Below, piece by piece: positions 12,195 to 24,993 of a DNA stretch of 60,177 nt (the stretch's first letter is position 1; each line of letters starts with the position of its first letter). Both the position numbers and the translations under genes were made by a program. This DNA comes from Macrostomum lignano (taxonomy: Eukaryota): contig NIVC01003388.1 of NCBI GenBank assembly GCA_002269645.1, forward strand, positions 1-60,177, written 5' to 3'. Under the pieces are notes generated by a model. It worked only from the letters and a program-made list of their open reading frames with translations. It ran no database searches and was not told the DNA's origin.

Positions 12195-14482
12195 GGCTCA
12201 GCGCCTTTCTCTCTCTCCTTCTATCCATTCTCTCTTTATCCCTTCTCTTTCTCCTCCTCTAGCCTCTCTGTCTCCCTCTATCTTTTCTCTCTCTTTAGTC
12301 TCGAAAAAGCGCCAATAAAGCAAAATCCGTTCACCTTTAACTGGCATTGGTTTGAGTTACAATCGTTGCACAAAAGTTTTACTTATTTTCAGCCCGACTC
12401 TATATCGAGTAGAAAAAATATATCGGAAATTGGCCGAGTCCTGGGGGCGTTGGGTCCCTGGCTAGCTTTGTGATGGAACAAAAGGACTGATTATCTTTCA
12501 ATTGAAGTCCCTTTCTTTGATGCGTCTCCATTGACCTCTGTTCTGAAACCTTGCGGCGTCTACAGTGTATTATGGCGAAGCCAGATGCCAGATGTCAGTT
12601 TCAGAATATCAAACGGCTTAAAAATCTTCAACTCTATATTTGACTCTGAGCTCATATTGGCGTGTAAACGGCTCGCTGACTCACTGCATTCGGTCCATGG
12701 ACCTGCAACAACTGACGGTAACAACTTGTGCCACTGGCATTTCCCGAAGACATTCCTATTTTTATGTAAGCACGCTGCTCAAAATTCAACGCAAACTTCA
12801 ATTTAGATTAGCTGATCACTTTCTGATTCAGTTAGCTCTGAAAATATGCTGCAGGGCAGGACTAGATTTTTAAAGACAGAGCGCTAAACATTTATGTAGT
12901 GCATGCGCCCTTGTCGGTTGGCAGGGCGCGTTGCACTTTGGGGCTGGCTAGGGGGGGTTGGCGGGCGTGGCAGGGTCTGGCCAGCGGCCGGGCTTTGCGC
13001 GTGCTCCTCCCCAGCCGTGCCCCTGCCCCGTGCTCAGGGCTGGTTGGCTGCGGCCGGGCCAGCTTTGTCGCGGGTGCGGCCCCTCCCCCCCTAGGCGGGG
13101 TTTTGATTGGCTGGCCGGCGCGGCCAGTCTATTTTGTTGGGGTAGTTTGTTTTGGTGGGCTTAGCCGGTGGGGCCATCGGCCCCAGGGTTTGGTTATTAT
13201 TTAGTGCGGTTCTGGGTCTTGCTCCTGCCCTTCGTCCCGGTTTGTGCTGTTTGTGTTTTTGTTTTGGTGTGCTCGTAGAGTACAAGTGCAGGACTCGACG
13301 TATAAACAGCAATACTAGTTATTGAATACAGCGAAAAGAAACACAAGAGCCTTAAGAAGAGCTTTGGAGAATTCAGAACCTGCACTGACCAACGAGCAAA
13401 CCAATAGACGTGAGAACGGCGATTTGGCCACTGTACAACGAGCGAATCAATAAACGTAACGGCGATTTGGCCACTGGTAGCCGCCTGCTGCTTGAGTTCG
13501 TTTTTTTCTGGGAGCTTGTTAGGCTGAGTTCTTGCCAGAGCGTCATAACGCCGGGAGATCATATAGCTTTTTGTAGTACTGTACTGTCTACTCTACTATA
13601 GTGTGTACAACCTACAGTATCGAGACTAGAAGCACTCGAGAGTGTCACCACACCTCGAGCCGCAGCGTGAACTCTGAGTGTCACAACACCAAAGGGATCG
13701 AACTATTATCGCAGAGCGTCGTCACGCCTGCTCGTATCCATAACAGTACAGACAGAGCGTCACAACGCCTGTTATATCACGTATAATATATATTGTACTC
13801 GGGACTGGGCACCCAAACCGACCCGGGTTACGACATTTACCCAGAAATGCAAGATAAGCGACTTAACTACACCGGCCAGAGGACGAATCAACTCAACCGG
13901 TCAAAGACTTGTCAAGCCAAGGAGAGATCCAGGAAGCGGAGCCAGGTTTATAAGGATGACGCTGGCCATGGTGCAAGAACGTGGACGCAAGGAAATTGAG
14001 GGAGCAAAACAAGATTAGAAAATCGTCTTTACAAGTGCATGGATTCTTCGACTGGATTCAAGATGCCTCTGTAGACACGAGAGTTGTTATACAAGTAGCA
14101 GACGCAGCACTACGAGTATATCGCTAATTAATTTTGTAGCGAATGTCGGAAATTTGCTCACTTTTGAGAGTGTAGCGCCATTCTATATTAGTTTTTCATG
14201 GGATCTACCTGGCCAGTGCTACTCACTGCTATTTTAATTATAAGCAATTTGAGACTAAAATGCAATAAAGTAATAACGAAGACGACAATATTTCTAATCG
14301 AACATCCATTCATCCAAGTCAAATTAACTCAATGCACCATTGTATTGTATATATGTATATATAGTTAATTACGACTGCTCTAACATTTAGTTACAAAATA
14401 TGGAATACTTTAACCAATTCGGTACAATTAAATGTACTTTTAAATCGTCCCCAATAAAGGTCATTACAATCTGCATTAGCGC

Positions 14483-17400
14483 CTAACCGTAGAAGTTACG
14501 CGCTCCCCGACTGTAAAATTCTCGCATCCCGGTGCCTCCTCCGCCAGGTCCTCCTACCTGATGCGGCGGCATCATCGACGGTGGTGGCATGTTCATAGGC
14601 GGCATTGGGGGCGGTTGGTCGAACATGACGGGCATCAGATCCTTCAGCAGAACACTCTGTTGTTGATTGTATTCATACCAATTGATTAGTGCGCGCGCCG
14701 GCGGCTGCAGCTTAACTATCTGGGCCAAATAGTATTGATTGTCTGCGTAACGGGCCATACAGAACTCGTTCTCTGTGGGTTGCCAAAACTGCTGCGACTT
14801 ATGACCCGCAGGCAGTGGACCCCTTTGATCGTGTCCTCTCTGATGAGCCTGATTGCCCTGGTTAGGCGGCAGTCTCCTTGGATCTTGGTCTCCTCGCTGA
14901 TTGCTCTGGTTAGGCGGCAGTCCCCTTGGATCTTGGTCTCCTCGCTGATTGCCCTGGTTAGGCGGCAGTCCCCTTGGATCTTGGTCTCCTCGCTGATTGC
15001 CCTGGTTAGGCGGCAGTCCCCTTGGATCTTGGTCTCCTCGCTGATTGCCCTGGTTAGGCGGCGGCCCCCTTGGATCTTGGTCTCCTCGCTGATTGCCCTG
15101 GTTAGGCGGCGGCCCCCTTTGATCTTGGTATCCTCGCTGATTGCCCTGGTTAGGCGGCGGCCTTCTCTGACCTTGGTCTCCTTCTCGCTGATTGCGCTGG
15201 TTAGGCGGCGGCCCCCTTTGATCTTGATCTCCTCGCTGATAGCGCTGGTTAGGCGGCGGCCCCCTTTGATCTTGGTCTCCTCTCTGATTGCGCTGGTTAG
15301 GCGGCGGCCCTCTTTGATCTTGATCTCCTCGCTGATAGCGCTGGTTAGGCGGCGGCCCTCTTTGATCGTGGTCCCCTCGCTGGTTTCCCTGGTTAGGCGG
15401 CGGCCCCCTTGGATCTTGATCTCCTCGCTGAAAGCGCTGGTTAGGCGGCGGCCCCCTTTGATCTTGGTCCCCTCGCTGATTGCGCTGATTAGGCGGCGGT
15501 CCTCTTTGATCTTGGTCTCCTTTCTGATTGCGCTGAAACGGTGGCTGACCGCCTCTCTGATTCTGGTCGCTCCTCTGACTTGGAGCCGGGCCCCGTCGAT
15601 TTTGCCGATCAAAACGCTGAGAACCCTGAGCAGACGGTGGCTGCTGCTGAGACACCGCTGTGTCAATGCCGGCAATAGGCAGGCCCTGAACAAAGTCAAA
15701 CAGCGACAGCTTGGCAGACGGCTTAGCCAGGGAGCCTTCAGCTCCGGCAAAGACCGGGCCTCGGTCCTCGCGGTCGGGATCTCGGATTCGGGCCGACGCG
15801 GCGGTCTGGCTAGCCAGGATGTGATCGACGGCTTTGCCGAGATCGCCGTGAGTATGCCTCAGCGCGTCCAGAGCCTCGGTGAAGCTGTAGCCCATGCTCA
15901 TGATGGTGTCTACGGAGCGTTCGTCGAATTTTTCGGTCGGGTCATCCCGTTGCTGCTGCTGTTGTTGCTGTTGCTGACGCTTGAGCGCCTGCGGCCGCTG
16001 CTGGTTGTGGCTGGCCGTGGCGAAGGCCTTGCGCTGCTGCTGCCGAGCCTCGTCGATCATCGCCCGACGCTGCTCCGCAAACTCTCCGTCGGCCTCTTCG
16101 GCATCGGCGCCGCCTTCGGCTCTGCCGCCAGTTTCGCCTCCATTGCCAACTGGCATCGATTTGAAATTGGCGGCCACGGCGGCCGTAGTCTGCGCCGCGG
16201 CCCTGCCAGCGCCGAAAGGCACAAACGGCGGCGCGCCGGTGCCGGCCGCACGATGACGTCCGCGACCGTCGCGCATGTCGGAGCGGAGGCGCCAGCCCTC
16301 GGCTAAGAGGGAGACCCGGCCGCCCAGGTGCTTGCAGGCGGCTGAGTCGGCCAGCCAGTAGCCGTCGGAGAAGGTCGCCTTGCCGCAGTCGAGGGCCAAC
16401 TTGGTGCCCGGTGGAGTCCTTGTTGACAGTAGGCCGCTGAGCCGGTTGTCCACATCCAGCCCGATCAGCGTCACCCGGCCGTCCGTCAGCGTCACCTGCG
16501 TTGAGCAGCGACACCCGCGCGTCAGGGCGATTCTCAATTGAACTCAGGGCGATTCTCAATTGGACTCAGGGCGATTCTCAATTGAACTCAGGGCGATTCT
16601 CAATTGGACTCAGGGCGATTCTCAATTGAACTCAGGGCGATTCTCAATTGAACTCAGGGCGATTCTCAAAGGGAACTCAGGGCGATTATCATAGAGAACT
16701 CAGGGCGATTCTCAAAGGAAACTCAGGGTGATTTTCATAGAGAACTCAGGGCGATTCTCAAAGGAAACTCAGGGTGATTTTCTAGAGAACTCAGGGCGAT
16801 TCTCAAAGGAAACTCAGGGTGATTTTCATAGAGAACTCAGGGCGATTCTCAAAGGAAACTCAGGGTGATTTTCATAGAGAACTCAGGGCGATTCTTAAGG
16901 GAGCTCAGGGCTATTCTCATGGAGAACTCAGGGCGATTCTCAAGAAACTGAAGGCAGTTCTTAATGGAACTCAGATTCTCAATGGAACTCAGGGCGATTC
17001 TCAAGGGAAGTGACGACGATTTCAAAGGGCGAACTGAGATGCTACGGCAAATAAACAGCCAGTTCGAAAGGAGAATTCAATGGGTATTTAAAAAGTTTAA
17101 TTGGAATTATTAAAACAAACAAAATCTAACCTTTAACAGAGGCGGTGCCGCCCCGCTATCCTCGTTGTCCTTTGGCGCGGACACATTTCGCACTCGTTGA
17201 ACCTGCATCACGTAGTGAGACGTGGAGCCGGCTGTGGAACCGGCGCTTAGCGACTCAATGCGACCAGCTGAGGGCAGCGCAGTGTCGCCGATGTCCTTCA
17301 GGTCGGTCTGTTTAAAATTAGACGCATGGTAGTCTAGTTTTAACTGATAAAAAATTTTCGCTGACACAGTAAAAACTATTATAGCGCTACCATGATATAA

Positions 17401-17653
17401 TGGCTTGACATTCCTTACTGTTAGACCCCATGAAACAACCAATTAAACTTACATTGAGCGCAATTTGAATCACATTGTCTATTGTGGTTGGCTTGCCATC
17501 GAGTTTGTCAATGCAGTACTGCAGACCTTCCTGCGTCAAGTGCCTGGTTAATTGGAGATGATAAATAAAATTGTACTGGATAAGCTACTTTTAAGTAGCA
17601 AGTAATGCGTTCACCTACCAGCCTTTCTTTCGCAAATCGTCAAGAGAAACCAT
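14483..17653 (-). CDS. TDRD3: Tudor domain-containing protein 3 homolog (OB-fold, UBA, Tudor); 4 exons, 771 aa
   Basis: Exons 17653-17619, 17543-17453, 17307-17131, 16495-14483 (GT-AG, phases consistent). Motifs: MVSLDDLRKKGWHLTQEG...IALN-TDLKDIG; MQVQRVRNVSAPKDNE...TLTDG; TPPGTK; UBA MSMGYS...ALDALRHTHGDL; Tudor FCMARYADNQYYLAQI. Confidence 0.92.
16520..17010. repeat. 22-bp minisatellite (gaactcagggcgattctcaatt), degenerating rightwards, in TDRD3 intron 3
   Basis: Read directly. Ends ~25 bp from the 3' splice site at 16496. Confidence 0.92.
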
Positions 17654-17727
17654 GGGATTAGCGACTTGAAAGCAGTAAGATTGAAAAAATTGTGCAAAAA
17701 TTATTGACTGTCTCTATTCCAATACTG

Positions 17728-18821
17728 GCTATGCAAACAGCCTGTCAGACCCTAATCCTTAGTTAATGCAATCAGTCTGTCAGACCCTAATCCTAGCTAT
17801 GCAATCAGTCTGTCAGACCCTAATCCTTAACTAATTCAATCAGTCTGTCAGACCCTAATCCATAACTAATGCAATCAGTCTGTCAGACCCTAATCCTTAG
17901 TTAATGCAAACAGCCTGTCAGACCCTAATCCTTAGTTAATGCAATCAGTCTGTTAGACCCTAATCCTAGCTATGCAAACAGCCTGTCAGACCCTAATCCT
18001 TAGTTAATGCAATCAGTCTGTCAGACCCTAATCCTAGCTATGCAATCAGTCTGTTAGACCCTAATCCTAGCTATGCAAACAGTCTGTCAGACCCTAATCC
18101 TTAGTTAATGCAATCAGTCTGTCAGACCCTAATCCTTAGTTAATGCAAACAGCCTGTCAGACCCTAATCCTTAGTTAATGCAATCAGTCTGTCAGACCCT
18201 AATCCTTAGTTAATGCAATCAGTCTGTCAGACCCTAATCCTTAGTTAATGCAATCAGTCTGTCAGACCCTAATCCTTAGTTAATGCAATCAGTCTGTCAG
18301 ACCCTAATCCTTAGTTAATGCAATCAGTCTGTCAGACCCTAATCCTTAGTTAATGCAAACAGCCTGTCAGACCCTAATCCTTAGTTAATGCAATCAGTCT
18401 GTCAGACCCTAATACTTGGTTAATGCAAACAGTCTGTCAGACCCTAATACTTGGTTAATGCAAACAGTCTGTCAAACTCTAATTCTAGCTATGCAAACAG
18501 TCGGTCAGACCCTAATCTTAGCTATGCAATCAGTCTGTCAGACCCTAATTCTAGCTAATGCAATTAGTCTGTCAGACCCTAATCCTTAGTTAATGCAATC
18601 AGTCTGTCAGACCCTAATTCTAGCTAATGCAATCAGTCTGTCAGACCCTAATTCTAGCTTATGCAATTAGTCTGTCAGACCCTAATCCTAGCAATGTAAT
18701 CAGTCTGTCAGACCCTAATCCTAGCTATGTAATCAGTCTGTCAGACCCTAATTCTAGCTAATGCAATCAGTCTGTCAGACCCTAATCCTAGCTAATTCAA
18801 TCAGTCTGTCAGACCCTAATC
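17728..18821. repeat. 35-bp satellite (cagtctgtcagaccctaatccttagttaatgcaat), ~31 copies
   Basis: Read directly. Starts ~75 bp upstream of the TDRD3 ATG; each unit contains one CCCTAA. Confidence 0.95.
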
Positions 18822-20568
18822 GTAAGCCTGATTGACTGCTCAAAGGCTATAAGCAAAAAGATCTGAGAAAGGCATGCAAGACAAAAGCAGTTTATTGCAA
18901 AACAACATTTCCTATCTGCAGTCAAGTCGAGTTAAATAACCCAACAGTTGAGTGGGAAAATGAAATGATAATTTTTTGTATTTAAGGTACACGGGTATAA
19001 GGCTACGGACTTACTGCTATCCTTCTTCACACGTAGCTACCAGCTTTAAAAGGACAAACAAAAAACTAAATTAGATGAGAGACGGACAGAATTTAGTACA
19101 TTAATAAATTGTCTCGAAATAAGCTGTATTGTACAGTATTGGCTAAATTACAATAAGTTGAAATTAAAATACAATACGGGACAGACAGATTTACAATGGA
19201 GCCAGCCAGTTTTATAAGTATTAAATCAATATAACATTCCCCCAGTTCTATCAAATTTATTATTGATGATAAGCCTAGTTCGTTTCAGACACAACATATT
19301 TTAGGCCACAATACTGAAAATACAAAGCTAGAATTATCAAGCTGCTGCAAAGTTAGCAAAATTTCCATAGGATAAAGGCACACCGGGATAGATTGCAGTA
19401 GGCCAAGTATTTAATGCATTTTTTTACTTTTTCTATTTGACTTTGACTGCACTACTGTTAGTAGCAAGTGCAAGCGCAGCTTAGAGCTGACAACTTCAAT
19501 GAGCAACATCTTATTACCTCGTTCCTAATAGAACTCTTAGCACACTAGTTATACTATCTAAATCGGCAGGCGTCAAGTAGAACATACTGCACATTTTTAT
19601 ATAAGTTTATCCTGTACCACAGATGAGATACTAGAATAACTAGATGGGCTACTCAGCACATTTGCGTGTAAACTACTTTCAGTTCAGTAGTACGAGCTAT
19701 GTTTACCAGAAGCATTTTAATTCATTTTTAAAGCCAAGGCTCATTTATTGGCTCTTACCCCCTGGCTAAAACCCTCCAACCGCGTTTTTCCACACTACCC
19801 CCCGCCCGCTAATTTTATTGCCTTCCTCGAAATTCCAGCCTAAATATGCCATGTACATTTCAGTGAACTGGCTAATGTACATTACTGCTGAACCAATTAG
19901 CAAGTTGTTTACGCCTGCAAGCTTTGGCTTTTAAACTTATCAAAGTAATTTTAGCTGCCTTTATTTGTATAAAATAGCTTATGTATTCTTCTTTGCTACT
20001 GAACTGAAAGTAGAAAGCTTTTTTTGCTAAGTATATATGCCTGAGTGGTCCATCCAGTTATTTTAGAATCTAGTTATTTTAGAAAAATTAATACAAAAAT
20101 ACGATGACGATGAGACAGGGGCCAAACAACCTTGAAGAACGGGTCAAAGGAAAGACGACTACAGGTCGATGTGGCTGAGAAGGGTGCAAGAGAGAATGGG
20201 GTGCGGGGCCGTCTTAATTTTTTTTAATATTTAGCCAAAAAATGATCAAACAAACAAGCAAAAAAGTTAGCACACAAATTAATGCACGAATTGCTAGCGA
20301 TGCAGAATTCCGTATATTGCACCCTATTGCGCTTGGCAAAATTAATTAATTATTGGTTCCAAATTAGCTCAGCATTGCTATGCTATGGGGGTTGAGCGTG
20401 AGATCTATAACCCCCCCCCGGTCTATTCAGAAAGCCTAGTGACATAATTTTATTAATATATTGGCGTCTGTCTCCTATATTAACCATTGATTGTCCCCCT
20501 ACACGACAGAGCCTATTTATGATTATCTCAGATAAAGCAATACATCAAGCAGTTGGCCTGGAAGCTGA

Positions 20569-21189
20569 TTAAGCTGTAGTTGTGGCAGGCGCTCCACCGC
20601 CACCTGTTGCACCTTTTGCTTGCTGCTGCTGCTGCTGCTGCCGCATATTAGCCCGTTCGATATTGCGCTGCAGTCGATGCTGCACTTTTTCAACGTCAAG
20701 CTCGGGCGAAACGGTGCCCGCGGAGTCTGGCATAGTGTGTATTCGAACGTCAACAAAGGCTAAATTGTAATAATGCACGTCGAATAGGCCTGGCCGGCCG
20801 CTCCTGGCCGCCAGCCGGACCACAATGCAGTCACCTATCGGATCGTGCAGCAGCACTTCGGCTCCGCGAATTAATTCGCCAGTCTCGCGTTTAGTTAATT
20901 CAACAATCGATCCGGCTGGGAAATATTGATTAGATAGATGCTGCGGCTTGCGCTGGTACTGCTGCTGATGCTGATGTTGGTGATGCTGCAGCGGTGGAGG
21001 CGATGGAGAAGACACTGAGTGCCTAGCAATGTGAATCTGCTGCTGCTGCTGATGCGACTGCTGAGAGAAGTGAGGCTGCGTGACTCGTGGGATGGTTCTG
21101 TTATTGCCTGGTCCCGAAGCCAGCTGCTGCTGCTGCTGAGGCTGCTGTTGCGGCTGGTTAACATTGGCAAACGCTCCGTCCACAGACAT
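20569..21189 (-). CDS. LSM12: LSM12-like protein (Gln/His-rich N-terminus, LSm domain, polyQ tail), 206 aa; C-terminal AD domain not found
   Basis: YFPAGSIVEL...GAEVLLHDP...LAARSGRPGLFDVHYYNLAFVDV...PELDVEKVQHRL aligns by eye to the LSM12 LSm domain. ATG at 21189. Confidence 0.7.
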   Translation of the reverse strand: MSVDGAFANVNQPQQQPQQQQQLASGPGNNRTIPRVTQPHFSQQSHQQQQQIHIARHSVSSPSPPPLQHHQHQHQQQYQRKPQHLSNQYFPAGSIVELTKRETGELIRGAEVLLHDPIGDCIVVRLAARSGRPGLFDVHYYNLAFVDVRIHTMPDSAGTVSPELDVEKVQHRLQRNIERANMRQQQQQQQAKGATGGGGAPATTTA

Positions 21190-21702
21190 TTTACAGGCGT
21201 ATGCGTTAGGAAGATAGGAAAAAGATAATAGTTTAGAAGATACCACGTGTATAGCTTTAAAATCGACTTTTATTGCCGGCTTTAGTTTGCTTGGCAACTG
21301 TGCAGGAATGTGAAGATTCGCGGTGTTAGTAGCAGATCTACTGGCAAGATGGCCGGTCCCCCCTAACGAAGGTATCAGATTTAGTATTTACGAGATAATG
21401 CGTGTTATTCTATTCTTTAGAAAAGCCTAGAGTACTACTATTTTGAAGTCTATGAGTAGTACAAAAATCATTTATAAACTTTGTTTCACAATTGCTTTTC
21501 TAGCGTAACAATCTAAAGTAAAAGCAGCACTAGAAGGAAATAAAATAAAGAGACAAGTTTCTCCAGCAAATTTTTCAATTCCAAAACAATTCTTCGTGTT
21601 TATTTGTCCACACTCGCTAAATTTTAACTGCCTTTAACACCATACCAGCAGACCAATTCAGTTAATGCTTTACAAGCGAAACACAGAATGGAGCAAACAT
21701 TG

Positions 21703-22812
21703 TTACTCCGCTGATTTAGCCTTGGCGCGCATCACCTTCTGCACAATCTTCTGCTCCTCAACTAAGAAGGCGCGAACAATCCTGCGGATTTGTGGGTTGG
21801 GGATGTTATTGCAAGATTGCTACTGCTGAATTAATGTTAGCAATATGAGATTAAGGACCGGATATGAGGATCTGAAGCAGCGGATATGGGGAGAACTGAA
21901 GCACCGGATATGGGGGGACACTGAAGCACCGGATATGGGGGGGGACACTGAAGCACCGGATATGGGGGGGGGACTGAAGCACCGGATATGGGGGGGGAAC
22001 AGAACTGAAGCACCGGATATGGGGGGAACGGAACTGAAGCACCGGATATGGGGGACACTGAAGCACCGGATATGGGGGGAACTGAAGCAGCGGATATGGG
22101 GGACACTGAAGCAGCGGATATGGGGGACACTGAAGCAGCGGATATGGGGGACACTGAAGCAGCGGATATGGGGGACACTGAAGCAGCGGATATGGGGGGG
22201 GGGAGAACTGAAGCACCGGATATGGGGGGAACTGAAGCACCGGATATGGGGGGGGGGGAACTGAAGCACCGGATATGGGGGGAACTGAAGCACCGGATAT
22301 GGGGGGAACTGAAGCACCGGATATAGGGGACACTGAAGCACCGGATATGGGGGGAACTGAAGCACCGGATATGGGGGGGGGGAACTGAAGCACCGGATAT
22401 AGGGGACACTGAAGCACCGGATATGGGGGAACTGAAGCACCGGATATGGGGGATACTGAAGCACCGGAAAGTAAACAACTGTGAAATCATTGTTAATGGG
22501 GATCGGCTAAAAGGGACATCAATGTACTCGTACTTTGGCCGCTTACCGCTCAGTGACGCAACGGTGGCAGCGAGATCCGCCATAGGCCCTGTTGACAGTC
22601 TTCAGCCGCTTGGACATGCGACAGCGCTCCATCGGCCTGCTAGGCGTGACGCCGTGCAGTTTAACTTTGCAATCGCCGCATTTGGGAACGGCGCCCAACT
22701 TTTTGCGATAAAGATAGACAAGCCGGCCGCCAGGAGTCTTGGACACTGTGCGCCTATTAGACTTGGTATTGTAGGACAGGCGGCGCCTTAGGGTGAGTCG
22801 CTGGTGAGTCAT
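21703..22812 (-). CDS. RPL34: 60S ribosomal protein L34 (eL34); 2 exons, 114 aa
   Basis: Exons 22812-22547 and 21781-21703: QRLTLRRRLSYNTKSN...TPGGRLVYLY...KCGDC...RAYGGSRCHRCV..RIVRAFLVEEQKIV. AATAAA at 21599-21604 (minus strand). The exact start is slightly uncertain. Confidence 0.96.
21862..22467. repeat. ~23-27-bp minisatellite (actgaagcaccggatatggggg(g)n..) filling the RPL34 intron
   Basis: Read directly; G-run length varies between units. Confidence 0.95.
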
Positions 22813-23323
22813 CGTTTAATTAGCGGCGGGCTGCAAAGTTATGCGTGGCTGAGTTGAAGGAAATATTATATTACTTTTAGTAGACGTTATAAATTACAAA
22901 AAGGAATTAAATATTCAATAAAGTAACTTTGTGTTTTTTTTCATTGTTTTGAAGCATCGAAAACCCTATTGTCAATATTCAGCTTTAATAAAAAACTACA
23001 TGAATTTTTTATCCTTCTAGTTCTACCAGGTATAAAATGAGAAAAGAATATTTTAGTTAATATAGAATTAAAAAATTAACTACTGAACTAAAGTCAGAAT
23101 CAGCAGGGTTTTTCATGTAAGAATTGCATATTTTTTCATTATTTATTTTTTAAATTAAATAGAAATACCTGGCTTAAGTACTCAAAATTATCATATTCAA
23201 AGAGTAATATCAATAGTTTTACTTTGATATTTACAGCCAAATCATTTAAAAAATTATTCAAAAATATTTTTAGACTAGTAGTGCATGCTTGGGCACAACC
23301 TAGGGATTCACCCGGCCATTTCT

Positions 23324-23423
23324 ATTGGCAACACACACACACACATGTAAGTCGCTATTGGATGGAATAGTAGTCACGTGACTGCTCTGAGCCAATAGCA
23401 ACTTACATGTGTGTGTTGCCAAT
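23324..23423. repeat. 100-bp imperfect palindrome with central GTCACGTGAC
   Basis: attggcaacacacac..atgtaagt..gctattgg / ccaatagc..acttacatgtgtgtgttgccaat. Confidence 0.75.
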
Positions 23424-24779
23424 ATTGCAGAATGGGTATGCAATATGTATGTTATTGCTGCATACTCTAATGTAAATCATTGTCACCTGTGCAATGCTCT
23501 AAGCATCTGGTTCCCCAAGCATGTGAGCAACGCTGAGCTGATGGCCTAGACCTGCATGCTGCCCTTGGGTCATACTTTGTAGAGGTGATGCCAGATGTTG
23601 ATTGTTCACTGCCTAATTAGGATTTAGGTGTGATTAACTTTTATGATATGACATTAGAAATTGGGTTGTTTAAGAAATAATGTCTTAGTAATAGCCTGTC
23701 TATTATTTATATCTATAGTAGGGCCAATAATATAAAGGGCTACTCAATATCAAGCAAAGTCAAATTTTCAGTGAACAACCATATATATTGAATTATATTA
23801 TTTATTATGCATAAATCATTACTTGTGCAATCTATATACATCATAACTCCATTTATTATTGTTTCTAATTTATATTGATTAATTTTTAAATATTATATTA
23901 GACCTAATACAAATAGAAGTTTCTTGTTAAAGTTGACACTATTTATGAAGAAACATTAAAATTGATAATAGACTATACAATGTGGCTAAAAGGGCTAGAC
24001 GCATGTTTTAATATTGTGTATATATAGACATAGGGATAGTTTAGTTAACACAAGGGTATATATTGTTTATATAGGTCAAGTCAAGAGCATTATTGGCATA
24101 ATAAATTTTAGTAATTAGAAACATGACTGGCTCTTTTTATTTTTATGTTTGAAGAGTAAAATACATATAACCTTGAAATTACAAATTTTCTACTTTAAGG
24201 CTTTAGTTGGAAAGCAAGTAAACTCATTAAAACAGGTTTTCTACCTGTTCATGGGCACTAAAAGCAAGAATAATCAAGTTCAATCTAGTAGAATAAGAAT
24301 TTGGTGCAACTAAGAACTTTCTAATTAGTACCTTAAAAAGCATCTAAAAACACCTAAAAGGCATCTATGATTTAAATCATTTTTTAATATTTATTCATTT
24401 TAAAATATAATTAGGCCTAGCCTATTTTGTTGTAAAAAATTATTTAAATAAATAATAGGCCTAGCCATCTATTTAGCAAAAGGATAGGCCTAGCTATATT
24501 TTTCATAATCAAAATTTGGCATTCGGCCTAATTAACAAAATTTATAGCAATCTCCAGTTTATTATATTAATTTTTTTACAAACTTTTCAATTAATTTGTT
24601 GATTGCTATGGCTAAAAGACCTAGTAGAGCACTAGGCCTTAACCATAACCATCGTTGATGCTAAAGCTAACCTGAGCCTTGAGGCCAATGGCAATCTCCT
24701 AGTTTACTGCATTAAATTATTTGCCCACTTTCAAAACTTTTTAGCCCATATGGCTGGGAGGCCTAGAGCACCAACTATT

Positions 24780-24993
24780 GTACAATCACTGACTCCACTT
24801 TGTGGACCCCCACAACCCAACTATACATACGAACACCATTGAGGGGTCATGGGCATATGTCAAAGCCAAATTCAGGGCAATGCACGGCACTAGCGATGCC
24901 CTATTAGAGACCCATCTCAATGAGTACCTGTGGCGCTGCCTCTTCCCGAAGGAGTTTGGGAACTTCCTATATTGGGTTGTGCATTATTATTGA
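24780..24993 (+). pseudogene. Merlin (ISXO2/IS1595-like) transposase C-terminal relic
   Basis: NH*LHFVDP...HTNTIEGSWAYVKAKFRAMHG...HLNEYLWR is the characteristic ISXO2/Merlin C-terminus. Confidence 0.75.

Noticed and set aside
12899-13560. GC-rich segment and an 18-bp direct repeat (acggcgatttggccactg), possibly LTR/PBS
   Set aside because: Probably a TE fragment, but I cannot support boundaries or a family.
13794-14093. Possible solo LTR (TG...CA with a TATA-like motif)
   Set aside because: The flanking 4-5 bp do not form a TSD, and there is no partner LTR or internal domain.
14735-16306. 523-aa plus-strand ORF and other overlapping ORFs
   Set aside because: Antisense or alternative-frame shadows of the GC-rich TDRD3 exon.
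17728-18821. CRISPR-like appearance (35-bp unit), or a telomeric array because of CCCTAA
   Set aside because: Head-to-tail units with no unique spacers and no cas genes, in a eukaryotic context. There is only one CCCTAA per unit.
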